Notes: generated from the sequence alone by a model not told the origin. Shown: positions 20,272 to 30,326, numbered from the stretch's first letter. The stretch is 64,000 bases of DNA from Candidatus Bathyarchaeia archaeon (GCA_038870975.1 JAVZJD010000002.1:160001-224000); one strand, 5' to 3'. Translations and numbers: made by a program.

Positions 20272-20346
20272 AGGTCCGGGCGGGATTTGAACCCGCGACC
20301 CCCAGCTTACCAAGCTGGTGCCCTAACCAGGCTGAGCCACCGGACC
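20272..20346 (-). tRNA. tRNA-Thr(GGT) with atypical acceptor stem
   Basis: Cloverleaf GGTCCGG...CCAGC-TTGGTAA-GCTGG...GGTTCAAATCC...CCGGACC-T. Confidence 0.9.
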
Positions 20347-20463
20347 TCATATTTCTGATTTTTAAACGTCTTATTTAGATTTTCTGGTCTTGTTTAATTC
20401 TCCAGATTACGCTTGTCGTCTTAAGTGGATGGTTTTCTCGAATTAAAAAGTGGAAGGATTGTT

Positions 20464-20793
20464 TTAAGTTACTTTAGAGCCTGGTGGTGCTGGCCCGTCG
20501 ACGGTAAGCCAGATTGGCTTCCCACCTACGTCGGCTGCGAGGAGCATGCCTTTTGAAACTACGCCTGCTATTTCTTTAGGCTGGAGGTTGGCTAAAAGTA
20601 TGAAGAGTTTATCTTTAAAGTAGTCAGGTCCGTATATGTCTGCTCCTCCAACAACTACGGTACGTTGCTCTCCGCCGACGTCGACAATAGCCTTAAGGAT
20701 TTTACTCCTACCTGGAATCCTTTCGGCAGATATTACTCTGCATACTCTTATGTCAAGCTTTTTAAATTCTTCAATTGAAACTTCACCCGTCAA
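20464..20793 (-). CDS. tRNA-binding OB-fold protein (Trbp111/CsaA/MetRS C-terminal-like)
   Basis: FKKLDIRV, ANLQP, SKGMLLAA, PPGSKV. Confidence 0.9.
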   Translation of the reverse strand: MTGEVSIEEFKKLDIRVCRVISAERIPGRSKILKAIVDVGGEQRTVVVGGADIYGPDYFKDKLFILLANLQPKEIAGVVSKGMLLAADVGGKPIWLTVDGPAPPGSKVT

Positions 20794-20844
20794 GTAAACA
20801 CCTCAACTGAAGAGTGGCATAAGGTTGTGTTTAAATGTTTACCT

Positions 20845-22107
20845 CTAGCTAAGCTTTAAATCGTAAAGTTCTACGGGGTTTTCGTAGAACCACATACGAG
20901 CAATCTCTAAAGCTTCAGAACGCTTCATAAGCCCCCTCGAAATTCTACGCGCTAAAACCTCGGCTATATCCTCCTTAGCCATAACGAGATGTCCGTAAAT
21001 CTTCTCAACGGGGATTGAATAATCTCCACCGAAACCTATTATCTTGGTGATTGGCATAAGGTCGATCCATTCGTCTAAGGCTGAGCGTGTCATTTCTTGG
21101 CTTATTACGTGGCACCAGCATAAGTTAAGCCAAACGTTTGGGAAGGTCTTACCTATAACTCCCAACTCTCTAACCCAGGGAATACCCGCGTGGTATAGGT
21201 CGAATTTCGCATCTCTATGTCTTCTAAGCATGGGAATCATGTGCATGGGGTTTGTTGTTGAGAAGTCTTCCCAGTTGCCAGCTAGTATGCCTGTGTGGAC
21301 TGAAATCACCATATCAAGCTCTGAGGCTATTTTCACGGCTTCATCGACTAAGAAGTCGTTGAGAAGCTTAGGGTTGTCCAGTTCATCCTTAAGGAGCATT
21401 TTAAAAGCATTATCAGCCTTCTCCTTTGAAACGTCAAATGTTTCACGGGCTAGGAATTTAAGTCCTACAACGCCTTCACGTTTCCACATCTCCATCTTAG
21501 ACCTGACATGGGAGAGATAATCTTCAAGGGAGGAAACGTCTACGTTGGGTTTTAAGCCTCTAGCCTCTAGGTCGTGGGTATTCGATAAGTCTGTTATAAG
21601 CCTCATCGGTAGAATGGGGATTAAAAGGTCTCTATCTTCTTCTGGTATTCTTCCTATTTGGGTTAGAACAGCCTTTATACGGCACTTCTCCCTTAAAATC
21701 TTCCTATAGAGCCCAGGCTTATTGGCCTCCTTTATACGCTTGGAGACTTCTAGGTAGTTTTCATCCGTTAAATCCTCTACACCGTAGAACTCTTTAAGCG
21801 CTATACGGGCGGCTCTAAAGTAGCTAGTATGTTTAGAGGCATTGTAGTAGGGTTTGAAAATCCTCCACCGCTCCTCCAAAGGGAGTGAGGGATTTAAAAC
21901 TCTGTTGAAGTCTCCGAAGTTTGTCAGAAGGTCTTCAGGTAGACCAGCCGTTACAAGGTCTGTAAGAGTGTAGTGGGAGAATAGTGTGAAAACATCGACA
22001 TCCCTAGAAGTCCTGTACTTCTCAGGGGGTAGATGCTCATGAGCATCTACTATTTGAAAGTCTTTAAACTCGTTTAAAAGCCAAAAGTAGACCTCCCGAA
22101 GAGACAT
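20845..22107 (-). CDS. Amidohydrolase-family protein (uronate isomerase-like)
   Basis: IVDAHEH, VHTG, LYHAG, GFGGD. Confidence 0.8.
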   Translation of the reverse strand: MSLREVYFWLLNEFKDFQIVDAHEHLPPEKYRTSRDVDVFTLFSHYTLTDLVTAGLPEDLLTNFGDFNRVLNPSLPLEERWRIFKPYYNASKHTSYFRAARIALKEFYGVEDLTDENYLEVSKRIKEANKPGLYRKILREKCRIKAVLTQIGRIPEEDRDLLIPILPMRLITDLSNTHDLEARGLKPNVDVSSLEDYLSHVRSKMEMWKREGVVGLKFLARETFDVSKEKADNAFKMLLKDELDNPKLLNDFLVDEAVKIASELDMVISVHTGILAGNWEDFSTTNPMHMIPMLRRHRDAKFDLYHAGIPWVRELGVIGKTFPNVWLNLCWCHVISQEMTRSALDEWIDLMPITKIIGFGGDYSIPVEKIYGHLVMAKEDIAEVLARRISRGLMKRSEALEIARMWFYENPVELYDLKLS

Positions 22108-22206
22108 GAAAGTTAAGTAGACGCTTGAAGAATAAATGTCTTATCGATCAAACTCCGATAAACCTAAGAAAGGTTTTAAAGAGAGACAAACATGGCTAGA
22201 AATAGT

Positions 22207-22314
22207 GGGCCCGTAGCGCAGAGCCTCGTTTACGCATGTAAACGGGGTGCGCAACTAGGATAGCGCGGCAGCCTCCTAAGCTGTCGGTCGTGGGTTCGAA
22301 TCCCACCGGGCCCG
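22207..22314 (+). tRNA. tRNA-Arg(CCT) with a 33-nt intron (22222-22254) in the D-loop at position 15/16
   Basis: GGGCCCG/CGGGCCC acceptor, CT-CCT-AA anticodon loop, GGTTCGAATCC; intron bounded by a bulge-helix-bulge. Confidence 0.9.
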
Positions 22315-22406
22315 TTTTCAGTAAAGATTGTATACCAATCAAGTCAAGGCTATTTTGATATCAACCACTATACTACATTACACGTTAGACCCATAGTAAA
22401 TCTTAA

Positions 22407-23129
22407 ATGGCTATTATATCAGAAAACCTACAAATTGGGATTATGACTCCATTTTATATTGCTTTAACCTTGGTGTTTGCCGTATTCCATCATTTCTGGA
22501 CATGTAAACTTAGACATCGCTTAGCAGAGTATATCGTAGGCTATATACCAAGGCTTAGTATAGAGTGGGGTTATCATGTTCAAAACTGGTTTGTCAGGGT
22601 TCTCCTACCATTAGCTATAGTTTTAAGTCGAGGAGGAGACCCTGAAGTTTTAGGGTTTAAACTGCCGTATTTAACAGTAGAAGTATTCAGCATGGTCCTC
22701 CTACTAACAGTAGCTCTTTTTCTTATAACCACTATAATCGTATGGTTCGCGATTTCTATATCAAAGGATCCAACCGTGATAGAAACTGTAAAAAACTGGC
22801 CTAAAAAGCCTAGCTTGAAGAAAAGTTTAGCTGGAATACTGCTCTGGACGTTTCCTGAGGAATGCTTCCTAAGGGGGTATTTGATTTCCCAATTTATGGA
22901 ATTTAATTCAACTATAGCCATTTTAATTTCTACATTTTTCACATCTATCCTTCATAAATCTCGTGGGAAATTCTGGATAACGCTATCCATATTCACAGGT
23001 CTTATCTTCGGCTTGACGTACATTTGGACTTATAGTCTACTACCTCCACTCATAGTCCACTCAATTTGTAACGAAATATTTCCATTAATTTTAACGTCAT
23101 GGACTAAGAAGCTCTCTCAGGAAACGTAG
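22407..23129 (+). CDS. CPBP/Abi (CAAX type II) intramembrane glutamic endopeptidase
   Basis: PEECFLRG, FTSILH, IVHSICN. Confidence 0.85.
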   Translation: MAIISENLQIGIMTPFYIALTLVFAVFHHFWTCKLRHRLAEYIVGYIPRLSIEWGYHVQNWFVRVLLPLAIVLSRGGDPEVLGFKLPYLTVEVFSMVLLLTVALFLITTIIVWFAISISKDPTVIETVKNWPKKPSLKKSLAGILLWTFPEECFLRGYLISQFMEFNSTIAILISTFFTSILHKSRGKFWITLSIFTGLIFGLTYIWTYSLLPPLIVHSICNEIFPLILTSWTKKLSQET

Positions 23130-23222
23130 TTTCTTTTCAAGAGTTTCATACTACGAGGCTTACCCTGAATAAAAATGCCTTTTCCATTAAAAAGAGGGAT
23201 TTCGGAAAGGTATCAACTTCCC

Positions 23223-24695
23223 CTATAATATAGGTGTTAGTTTGGCGATTGGGTAGGCTTTCGATGCATCGTATTCTACTGCGTAGAGGCCTATTCTAGG
23301 TTTAACGCAGTAGAATAGTAGGCAACCGTGTTCTCTTGTTAAACGAGCATAAATGTCAGATATCGCGCTTAGCTTGACAGCAAGACTTCTATAACCAGCC
23401 TTAACTAATATTACGAGACCCGCTTGGTTAAACCTAACTGTTGAAGCAACAAGGTTTAGGATTTCTTCACACTGTTTTTCACCGTAAAGAGTTATCAGAC
23501 TGTCAGTGCCAACTACTAAAATGGGTGGTTGATTTATTTTAAACATAAGTCCATATGCAGCATCCATAACAATATTCATATCCTTCCTCCAATCTTTAGC
23601 TTTAACGGAGATGAAATTTAGTGGAATGTTTGAAGCTTCATATTCCTCCCTTAAAACAACCGTCAGGTACTGCTTCGCTGCATCATCCATGCCGTAAACT
23701 TCGCAAGTCCTATAGATGTCTAAAGGAGTAACCCCCATAGAGGGTATTATAAACGCTCCCCTGCCTTGAGATATGAAGTTGGCTACCATAGGGGCCACCA
23801 GTAGATGATACATCTCTGTAGAAACTTTTTCGTCGATTTCCAGTAGCATGATAAAGCCTCTGGGCAATCCCCCTTCTAACAGATCATCGAAGGACTTTGA
23901 GCCTGTTGAGTATTTGCTCGGTGGGTCTGGGGTCGGCTGGAAACACTGCTTTTTTACTATAGGTTTAGATGTAAATGGTGGGAAGGCTTTAAACCCACCT
24001 TCAAGTGTAAAGATTAGTTTAGTCTCCTTAAGTTTAACTCCCCTCATCTTCGGTATTTCCAATTCTCTCAAACGGTAGCCTTCAAACTCACTAGTCCTAA
24101 GTACCAAAACGCCATCTGCTATAAACTCTTCAACTCCAAAGCCGATCCTCTGTTCTCCATATGGAACTTCTTCTATTAGAATCGTTGTACAGCCCATCCT
24201 ACGGATAACTCTACTCAGCACTCTGTTTGTAACCATTCTAACTTCATCCAAGTCTTTAAAGGACTGTGCAAGTGCTGTGAAAGAATCTATAACGAGGCGT
24301 TTAGCTTTAACCATATCCACAGCCTCAATGATCTCATTTATGATAACATGAGCAGCAGGCTCCTTGAGGACAAGCATATTTGAAAGCTTCTCTTTGGCGG
24401 CTAGGAAGTCTAGGAAGTTGAACTTCCCCTCTCTTTCAAGCTTTTCAAAGTCGAATCCGTATATTTTCATGGTCTTAAAGAACACTTCCTTACTCTCAGC
24501 AGAGCTGAAGTATACGCCGCTTTCGTTATACTCGACTGCACCATGATAGAGGAACTTGGCGGATAAAATAGTCTTACCTGTACCTGGATTACCGGCGAGA
24601 ATAATCAGACTACCTTTAGGAAAACCGCCTAGAGTATAATCCAGTCCATCCACACCCGTAGAGATAAACTGTTCACCTAGTCTTTCAGTTTCCAT
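23223..24695 (-). CDS. KaiC/GvpD-like two-domain RecA-superfamily ATPase
   Basis: GNPGTGKT, VIDSF, EFIADG, KMRG; second domain begins STGSKSFDDLLEGG with a degenerate P-loop. Confidence 0.85.
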   Translation of the reverse strand: METERLGEQFISTGVDGLDYTLGGFPKGSLIILAGNPGTGKTILSAKFLYHGAVEYNESGVYFSSAESKEVFFKTMKIYGFDFEKLEREGKFNFLDFLAAKEKLSNMLVLKEPAAHVIINEIIEAVDMVKAKRLVIDSFTALAQSFKDLDEVRMVTNRVLSRVIRRMGCTTILIEEVPYGEQRIGFGVEEFIADGVLVLRTSEFEGYRLRELEIPKMRGVKLKETKLIFTLEGGFKAFPPFTSKPIVKKQCFQPTPDPPSKYSTGSKSFDDLLEGGLPRGFIMLLEIDEKVSTEMYHLLVAPMVANFISQGRGAFIIPSMGVTPLDIYRTCEVYGMDDAAKQYLTVVLREEYEASNIPLNFISVKAKDWRKDMNIVMDAAYGLMFKINQPPILVVGTDSLITLYGEKQCEEILNLVASTVRFNQAGLVILVKAGYRSLAVKLSAISDIYARLTREHGCLLFYCVKPRIGLYAVEYDASKAYPIAKLTPIL

Positions 24696-24965
24696 TGGTT
24701 TGAATAATCGCTATGCCTTAAGTATATTATTTTTTAAACTGGGAAGGTAAACTTTTGAAGCTTAGAACGTTAATTTTGACCAATTTAATGCTTTATGGAT
24801 GACCTTTACCAACATATCCTTGGACAGCATCCTCACATACTTCGTAGTTCGAATTAAATACTGACGTTTCAAAAATACTTTGAATCTACTCTGATCGAAT
24901 GGATTCGTTGGATTCTTACCGCCATCTGTTCTTTCGCAGGTATACCGAGATTATGGTATTTCACT

Positions 24966-26255
24966 TTAACCCAGAGGGTTAACAATTCTTCCGAGGAATA
25001 GAATGTTCCCAGTATCTCTCTGCTGTATTATGAATATGAATGGATGGTCTGCTCTAAACACGGTTTTAGGCATGATGGCTGTAAGTTCTACACCGACTGC
25101 TGTTGCCGCCGCTGCCTCCGTACCCTCTTCATTTACTTCTATATAGGCTTGGTGAATAACGAAGCCTACGAACAACTCTCTACCGCCTGAGATTCCTGAA
25201 AGATCTGCTTCTCCCGGCGAGAAGATGGTCGGCATTCCCATGCGGCTTAGAGTATCCTTTAGGAAGTACTTTGTATCGACTTTAAACTTCGGTAGATAGA
25301 TATCATCCAATTTTGTCTCCTGCATCTGGCTTCTCCACTCGTTGAGTTTTTCAACCGTCAGAGAGCTCTCTATAGATTCAAGGCTTCCCTTTGGCAGTAG
25401 TATCAGCATAGAGACCTCTTCGCCTTTATATGGGAGCTCTAATATCTGAAGCTCTTCTAAATCGGCGTAGTTAAACGTTGCATTTTCAGGCTTCATATGC
25501 ATCATTGGAACCTTTACGACATGCGTAGGAGTGACTTTAAAGTCTTCTTCACTGGTTTCAGATTTATCAAACTCCCATACCCACATACCCTTAAAGTAGA
25601 TCGCATTAGTAAGTACAAGTCTTGTCATAGGGTCTAAGTAGCCTTGGGGGATTAAATCCTTAATCTTTCCGTTTGTCTGCTCTTCTATAAAGCTGTTAAT
25701 GGTTTGTCTTGACTCCTCCGTCTTACCGACGAAGTCTAGGTTTGCCGCCTTTCCACCGTAATACCGTTCAACTACGCTTATGTAGCTTTCTAGGACGGGA
25801 TAGTCTTGCTGAATCCACAGGGCATTTCCAGTTCTCAACTCATACGCATCTGTTTCCCTATTGATACTGTTGTAAATTGCCGCGAAATTCGACCTTAAAA
25901 CGTCGATTTCTGGAAAATGGAAAACAGACTTTACCTCGTCAGCCGTCTGTCCTCTTGCACCTTCGTATGTCATCGCCATGGCTGAGAAAATACTGTAGGG
26001 TGAGAAGAAGATATTTCCCTCATCAGTCTTACTCAGTTCAGAGTATAGTTCGAATGCAAATCGGTTGTTTGCATCCACTACCTGTCGAACTCCCTCTTCT
26101 GTAGAGCCTGTTTCATCAGCCTCAGGCGGTTTCTTCGGCTCGTAGGGGAAGAGAAACAACACTGCTTCTACGGCTACTATTGTAATAGTGATAAGCACCA
26201 TTACAGCGGCTAAGATTCTCCTATCCATTGTGAATCTAATACACCGGTCTTTCAT
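24966..26255 (-). CDS. Serpin (serine protease inhibitor) with N-terminal membrane anchor/signal
   Basis: NIFFSPYSI, NAIYFKGMW, hinge EEGTEAAAAT, FRADHPFIF. Confidence 0.95.
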   Translation of the reverse strand: MKDRCIRFTMDRRILAAVMVLITITIVAVEAVLFLFPYEPKKPPEADETGSTEEGVRQVVDANNRFAFELYSELSKTDEGNIFFSPYSIFSAMAMTYEGARGQTADEVKSVFHFPEIDVLRSNFAAIYNSINRETDAYELRTGNALWIQQDYPVLESYISVVERYYGGKAANLDFVGKTEESRQTINSFIEEQTNGKIKDLIPQGYLDPMTRLVLTNAIYFKGMWVWEFDKSETSEEDFKVTPTHVVKVPMMHMKPENATFNYADLEELQILELPYKGEEVSMLILLPKGSLESIESSLTVEKLNEWRSQMQETKLDDIYLPKFKVDTKYFLKDTLSRMGMPTIFSPGEADLSGISGGRELFVGFVIHQAYIEVNEEGTEAAAATAVGVELTAIMPKTVFRADHPFIFIIQQRDTGNILFLGRIVNPLG

Positions 26256-26548
26256 ATAATTCTAAGTCTTTTAACACGATGAAAGTTCCGCCTAAAGTAG
26301 TGTCTAGTTTTTAGAACAGCGTAGTCTAATGGACAGAAAGGCTCCTTATAGACTACTGTGGAATAAAAGGTGGTTCATACATATTTCTACTCAATCTTTA
26401 GGGAAAAAGGGGTTAATATTTTTGACCTGCCTCTTCCATATTTAGAGTGGAGTATTTGTTAGAGGGTTAGACGTTAGCTGATAAACTTGCCAGTATGGGT
26501 TTCCATTTCTCCGCATATGCGATGGATGGAAATTCCGCGAAAATATGC

Positions 26549-26971
26549 TTAAACTTTCCTAGGTATTCTTATTTCAAGCACATTCCTATAGCATGTTATC
26601 GTGGCCCTATTGGGTTCAACTGATACGGGTAGGTCTATCCTGATATGGTACTTCTTAAACGTACCGCTTCTATGCGTAATCTTAAGCGTTTGAAAGTCTA
26701 AAGTGCGTTGTAAGCGTGCTTCAATCTCCATGGTGTTTTCATCTAGGAATTTCACATTAACTCCTTCTCTATCTGCACATGGTATGTCTACAGTTACTAT
26801 AACTTCTCTAGGTTCGATGAATACGTTGGCTAAAGGCTCTATGGTTTCAGATGAAGGATGCCATAATCTTCTTTCCTCAAATTCTTCTCTTATGTATCTT
26901 TCAATAGCTTCTTCCATTCTCTCCATGTAGTCTTCAACTATGTCGAATAAGCTTCTTCTACGTCTGTCCAC
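26549..26971 (-). CDS. Small heat-shock protein (Hsp20/alpha-crystallin)
   Basis: Alpha-crystallin-like core EPLANV...IDLPVSV...VLEIRIPR. Confidence 0.8.
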   Translation of the reverse strand: MDRRRRSLFDIVEDYMERMEEAIERYIREEFEERRLWHPSSETIEPLANVFIEPREVIVTVDIPCADREGVNVKFLDENTMEIEARLQRTLDFQTLKITHRSGTFKKYHIRIDLPVSVEPNRATITCYRNVLEIRIPRKV

Positions 26972-26984
26972 TTACACCATCCCC

Positions 26985-27734
26985 CTAAACGTGGAGAGGT
27001 GGGACATCATACTCTTGATTCTTCCTCATTCTCGCGAGTTCACCCTCCGTCCTCCTCATAAGATCCCTAGCTGCTAATCTTATTTCTTCACCTTTCTCTC
27101 TAAGCTCAGTGACGTCTATTTCAAGCCCCATAAGCTTACCAAGTGCTTCTAACACGGAGGCGGCTGCCTCTGGATCTGGGTAGTTGAAGAAGCTTTGGGC
27201 TAAAAGCCCTATGGCTACCAGTCCATGGAGAGGTGCCCACCTCATAATTAGAGCATATGGTCCGACTAAGTATCCTCTATCTAGTATCTCCATGCCTTTA
27301 GACTTAAGTTCTTCAACCGTCTCTCTATTGGATGCTGTTACGTATACTAGGGGTTTTTCAAGTTTGTATCTCTCCTCTACGGCTATTCCTCCCATAGTCA
27401 CTATGAGCTTGGCTTTCTTCTTAGAAGCCCACTCCACTATGGCTTTGGAAACCTTAAACACGGCTGTAGCTGGTACTGCTGTCTCTGATACTATAGCCAC
27501 TATTTTTCCAGACTTGAGCATTCTAACGGGGGGCTTTGGTATACCATTGTAGAGTACGACTATGGGTGGAAGTAGGTCTGATTCTAAAAACCCCACCTCC
27601 TCCATATGCATTTTAGATGCTAGGTGGAAGGTAGCTATTGAGCCGACTAAGCCGACATCTGGTAGACCAGTGACTATAATGGGTTCTTCACCGATTTCTC
27701 TTAATTCTACAATGGATACATCTCTATTGGACAA
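26985..27734 (-). CDS. Proteasome assembly chaperone (PAC2 family)
   Basis: GLPDVGLVG, YPDPEAAA. Confidence 0.9.
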   Translation of the reverse strand: MSNRDVSIVELREIGEEPIIVTGLPDVGLVGSIATFHLASKMHMEEVGFLESDLLPPIVVLYNGIPKPPVRMLKSGKIVAIVSETAVPATAVFKVSKAIVEWASKKKAKLIVTMGGIAVEERYKLEKPLVYVTASNRETVEELKSKGMEILDRGYLVGPYALIMRWAPLHGLVAIGLLAQSFFNYPDPEAAASVLEALGKLMGLEIDVTELREKGEEIRLAARDLMRRTEGELARMRKNQEYDVPPLHV

Positions 27735-27848
27735 ATTGTCACCACTGATTATAACTCCTCCTCCAATATATTAGCTTATATCTGCTTTGAAAACTGGCAA
27801 TATTTCGCTTACAGTTAAAAATTATACGGTTGTAACCCATCGTGATCG

Positions 27849-28955
27849 CTAAAGTGTAATAGTAGTCTTTAAACCACTTCCAGTGAGGATTACCACAATT
27901 CCATTATCTCCTAGAGGTTTTATACTTGAAGCATGCTTCTTATAGGCTACGTATGCAACGGCAGAACTCGGCTCCACGAGAAAACCCTTCCCAGCAAGCT
28001 CTAGAAATGCTTTGAAAACCTCTTTTTCATCAACTATAACGACGTCTCCATCCGCTCTCCTCAACTCTTCAACCATGATGTTGAGTAGTGGAGGGTTTAC
28101 ATTAACTAAAGCATCGGCTATAGATGCTATTTTTTCTGGGGGTTTGTATGGCATATTCTTAAACGCATGGTAGAGGGGTGAAACTTGCCTCGTTTGACAA
28201 GCCACTATCCTCGGTATTTCATCTATAACACCCGATTCCACTAGGTGTTTAAAACCGCTTATAACGCCTAGAAGCAGAGTTCCAGCTGAAACAGGTAGGT
28301 AGATAAGCCCCGGTGTACGCCAATTAAACTGCTCCACCAATTCGTAGGCGAGGGTTCGTATACCATCTCTAAACAGCGGGTGTAAAACGTGTCCAACGTA
28401 TATCTTCCCTCTTTCACTCCTCTGCGCTTCTTCAGTGGCTTTATCCCTAGTCCCTGGAACCTCGACCACTTCTGCGCCGTAGAATTTTATCTGGTTTAGC
28501 TTTGGACCGGAGATGCTTTCTGGAACGTAGATTTTCGCTTTTAGCCCTGCACGGGCGGCGTAGGCGGCTATGGATGCGCCAGCATTTCCAGAAGAATCTT
28601 CAGATATATAACCCCCAGTTTCTTTAACCTCCCGATGTATCGTGGAGATTAATACGGTGGAGCCTCTATCCTTAAAAGACCCCGTTGGATTTAGATTCTC
28701 AAGTTTAAAGTAGACATTTCCTGCGAATTTGACTAGAGGCGTCCATCCCTCTCCAAGTGTGACAATATCATCCTCCTCTACGTAGGGGAAGAACCTCATG
28801 TAACGCCATAAACCATAGTATTCAGCGTTGACCTCTCCAACTTTAAAATCAGATAGTGGTTTAATTGAAAGCGGTTGACCACAGTTTAAACACTTAAATT
28901 CGATGAGGCTTTTAGGTTTATAGTTACACTTTGAACACTTCACTTCATAAGACAT
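27849..28955 (-). CDS. thrC: Threonine synthase-like PLP enzyme
   Basis: LGEGWTP, NPTGSFKDRG, DSSGNAG, EPSSA. Confidence 0.8.
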   Translation of the reverse strand: MSYEVKCSKCNYKPKSLIEFKCLNCGQPLSIKPLSDFKVGEVNAEYYGLWRYMRFFPYVEEDDIVTLGEGWTPLVKFAGNVYFKLENLNPTGSFKDRGSTVLISTIHREVKETGGYISEDSSGNAGASIAAYAARAGLKAKIYVPESISGPKLNQIKFYGAEVVEVPGTRDKATEEAQRSERGKIYVGHVLHPLFRDGIRTLAYELVEQFNWRTPGLIYLPVSAGTLLLGVISGFKHLVESGVIDEIPRIVACQTRQVSPLYHAFKNMPYKPPEKIASIADALVNVNPPLLNIMVEELRRADGDVVIVDEKEVFKAFLELAGKGFLVEPSSAVAYVAYKKHASSIKPLGDNGIVVILTGSGLKTTITL

Positions 28956-29046
28956 ACTTAACTTGATAACTTGGAAAAGGTGCGATTTAAACTATTATTA
29001 AAGGAGTTAAGCGGTTAAGAATTGAACTTTGAAAGAGGGTGAAAGT

Positions 29047-30207
29047 TTAGTTTTGTAGTTGTTCGATTTTTATACCGTCCTTTTCAAGCTCTTCGATGAT
29101 TTTCTTGAAGTATTTCTCACTCATTCCAAGTCTTTCTGGTGGAACTACACCCTTCTCCTCGATCTCCTTCCCAAGTAAGAGCTGAACCACTGCTGATGCT
29201 GTATATGCAGTAGTTCTACCCATCGCCGTCACTCCCTTCTTTTCATCGTAGTAGTCTAGGAGGATGTAGGAATAATGGGTTTCCCGACCATTCTTAACAC
29301 CGTCTACGTAGACTTTCATAGCCACTAGGTCTTTAACCTCAGGTAGGCTTAGCTTCTGTTCGAAAACCCTAATTGTAAGTGTACGTGGAGGTATACCATC
29401 TATCGGTTTCTCGTCGAAAAACCCCAGATCCCTCAGCAATCTTATTTTTTCGGCATGACCTGGATACCTTAACGTCTTCTCCCACATATTCTCTACGCCT
29501 TTTATACTGTGGTGTAGAGTCCTCACTCCATCGGTGTAAAATGCTTCAAGCTTTCCAATGCCTGGGAATTCCACCTCTTCCAATCCATCCAATGCTTCAA
29601 CTTCAATAGTTTCACCGCTTCTAACTATCTTCGATCTTCTCGTATATTCCTCTATCAAATCCTCCACACACCAAGTTACTTTATAATCTAAAGGGGGGAT
29701 ACGTTTTTGAGGAATACCTCCGACTAGAATAGTCACGTTCTTAGCTTTGTCAAGCATGCTGACCGCTCTTCCCACGAGGATATTGCTTAAGCCTGGAGCA
29801 ACCCCACAGTCGGGTATAATCGTCACCCCCGCTTTCAACGCCTTACCGTTTAAAGTCATAGGGTCTTCAGGCATATAAGAGAGGTCGACCATGTCAACGC
29901 CAGCCTCTATAGCTACTTCAACGGTCTTATATCCGAGCCTTCCCGGGGCTAGACCCACCAGGATGTCGAAGTTTTCAGCCGTTTTAACAAGCCTATCGTA
30001 ATCGCGAATGTTTAATTGAAGGGGTTTAACGTTCTCTCTACCAATAGAGGAAGCTACCTTCTCTACGGCCTCTCTACTCTCATCTGAAATGACTATTTCA
30101 GCGTAGGGAGCCTTCTCCGATAAATGCCTCGCTAAAACTGAGCCTATATAACCGCAGCCTATAGTGAGGATTCTCATACCTTCTAATTCTCGTTGATCGT
30201 TTCTCAT
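29047..30207 (-). CDS. Saccharopine dehydrogenase/lysine 6-dehydrogenase family
   Basis: GCGYIG, DCGVAPGLSN, KTLRYPGH, AMGRTT. Confidence 0.85.
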   Translation of the reverse strand: MRNDQRELEGMRILTIGCGYIGSVLARHLSEKAPYAEIVISDESREAVEKVASSIGRENVKPLQLNIRDYDRLVKTAENFDILVGLAPGRLGYKTVEVAIEAGVDMVDLSYMPEDPMTLNGKALKAGVTIIPDCGVAPGLSNILVGRAVSMLDKAKNVTILVGGIPQKRIPPLDYKVTWCVEDLIEEYTRRSKIVRSGETIEVEALDGLEEVEFPGIGKLEAFYTDGVRTLHHSIKGVENMWEKTLRYPGHAEKIRLLRDLGFFDEKPIDGIPPRTLTIRVFEQKLSLPEVKDLVAMKVYVDGVKNGRETHYSYILLDYYDEKKGVTAMGRTTAYTASAVVQLLLGKEIEEKGVVPPERLGMSEKYFKKIIEELEKDGIKIEQLQN

Positions 30208-30326
30208 AAAATTTAACCTGCAGTGTGGTATTTGACGATCTAACGGAGAGCTGGATGTCTACAAAAATTTATAGGGTCTCTAGAGAAATGTAATGGCGGA
30301 CTATCAACTACTCGAGGAGAGGTTTT

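Noticed and set aside
24760-24945. Open minus-strand stretch vaguely like a MazF C-terminus
   Set aside because: No clear start or diagnostic motif
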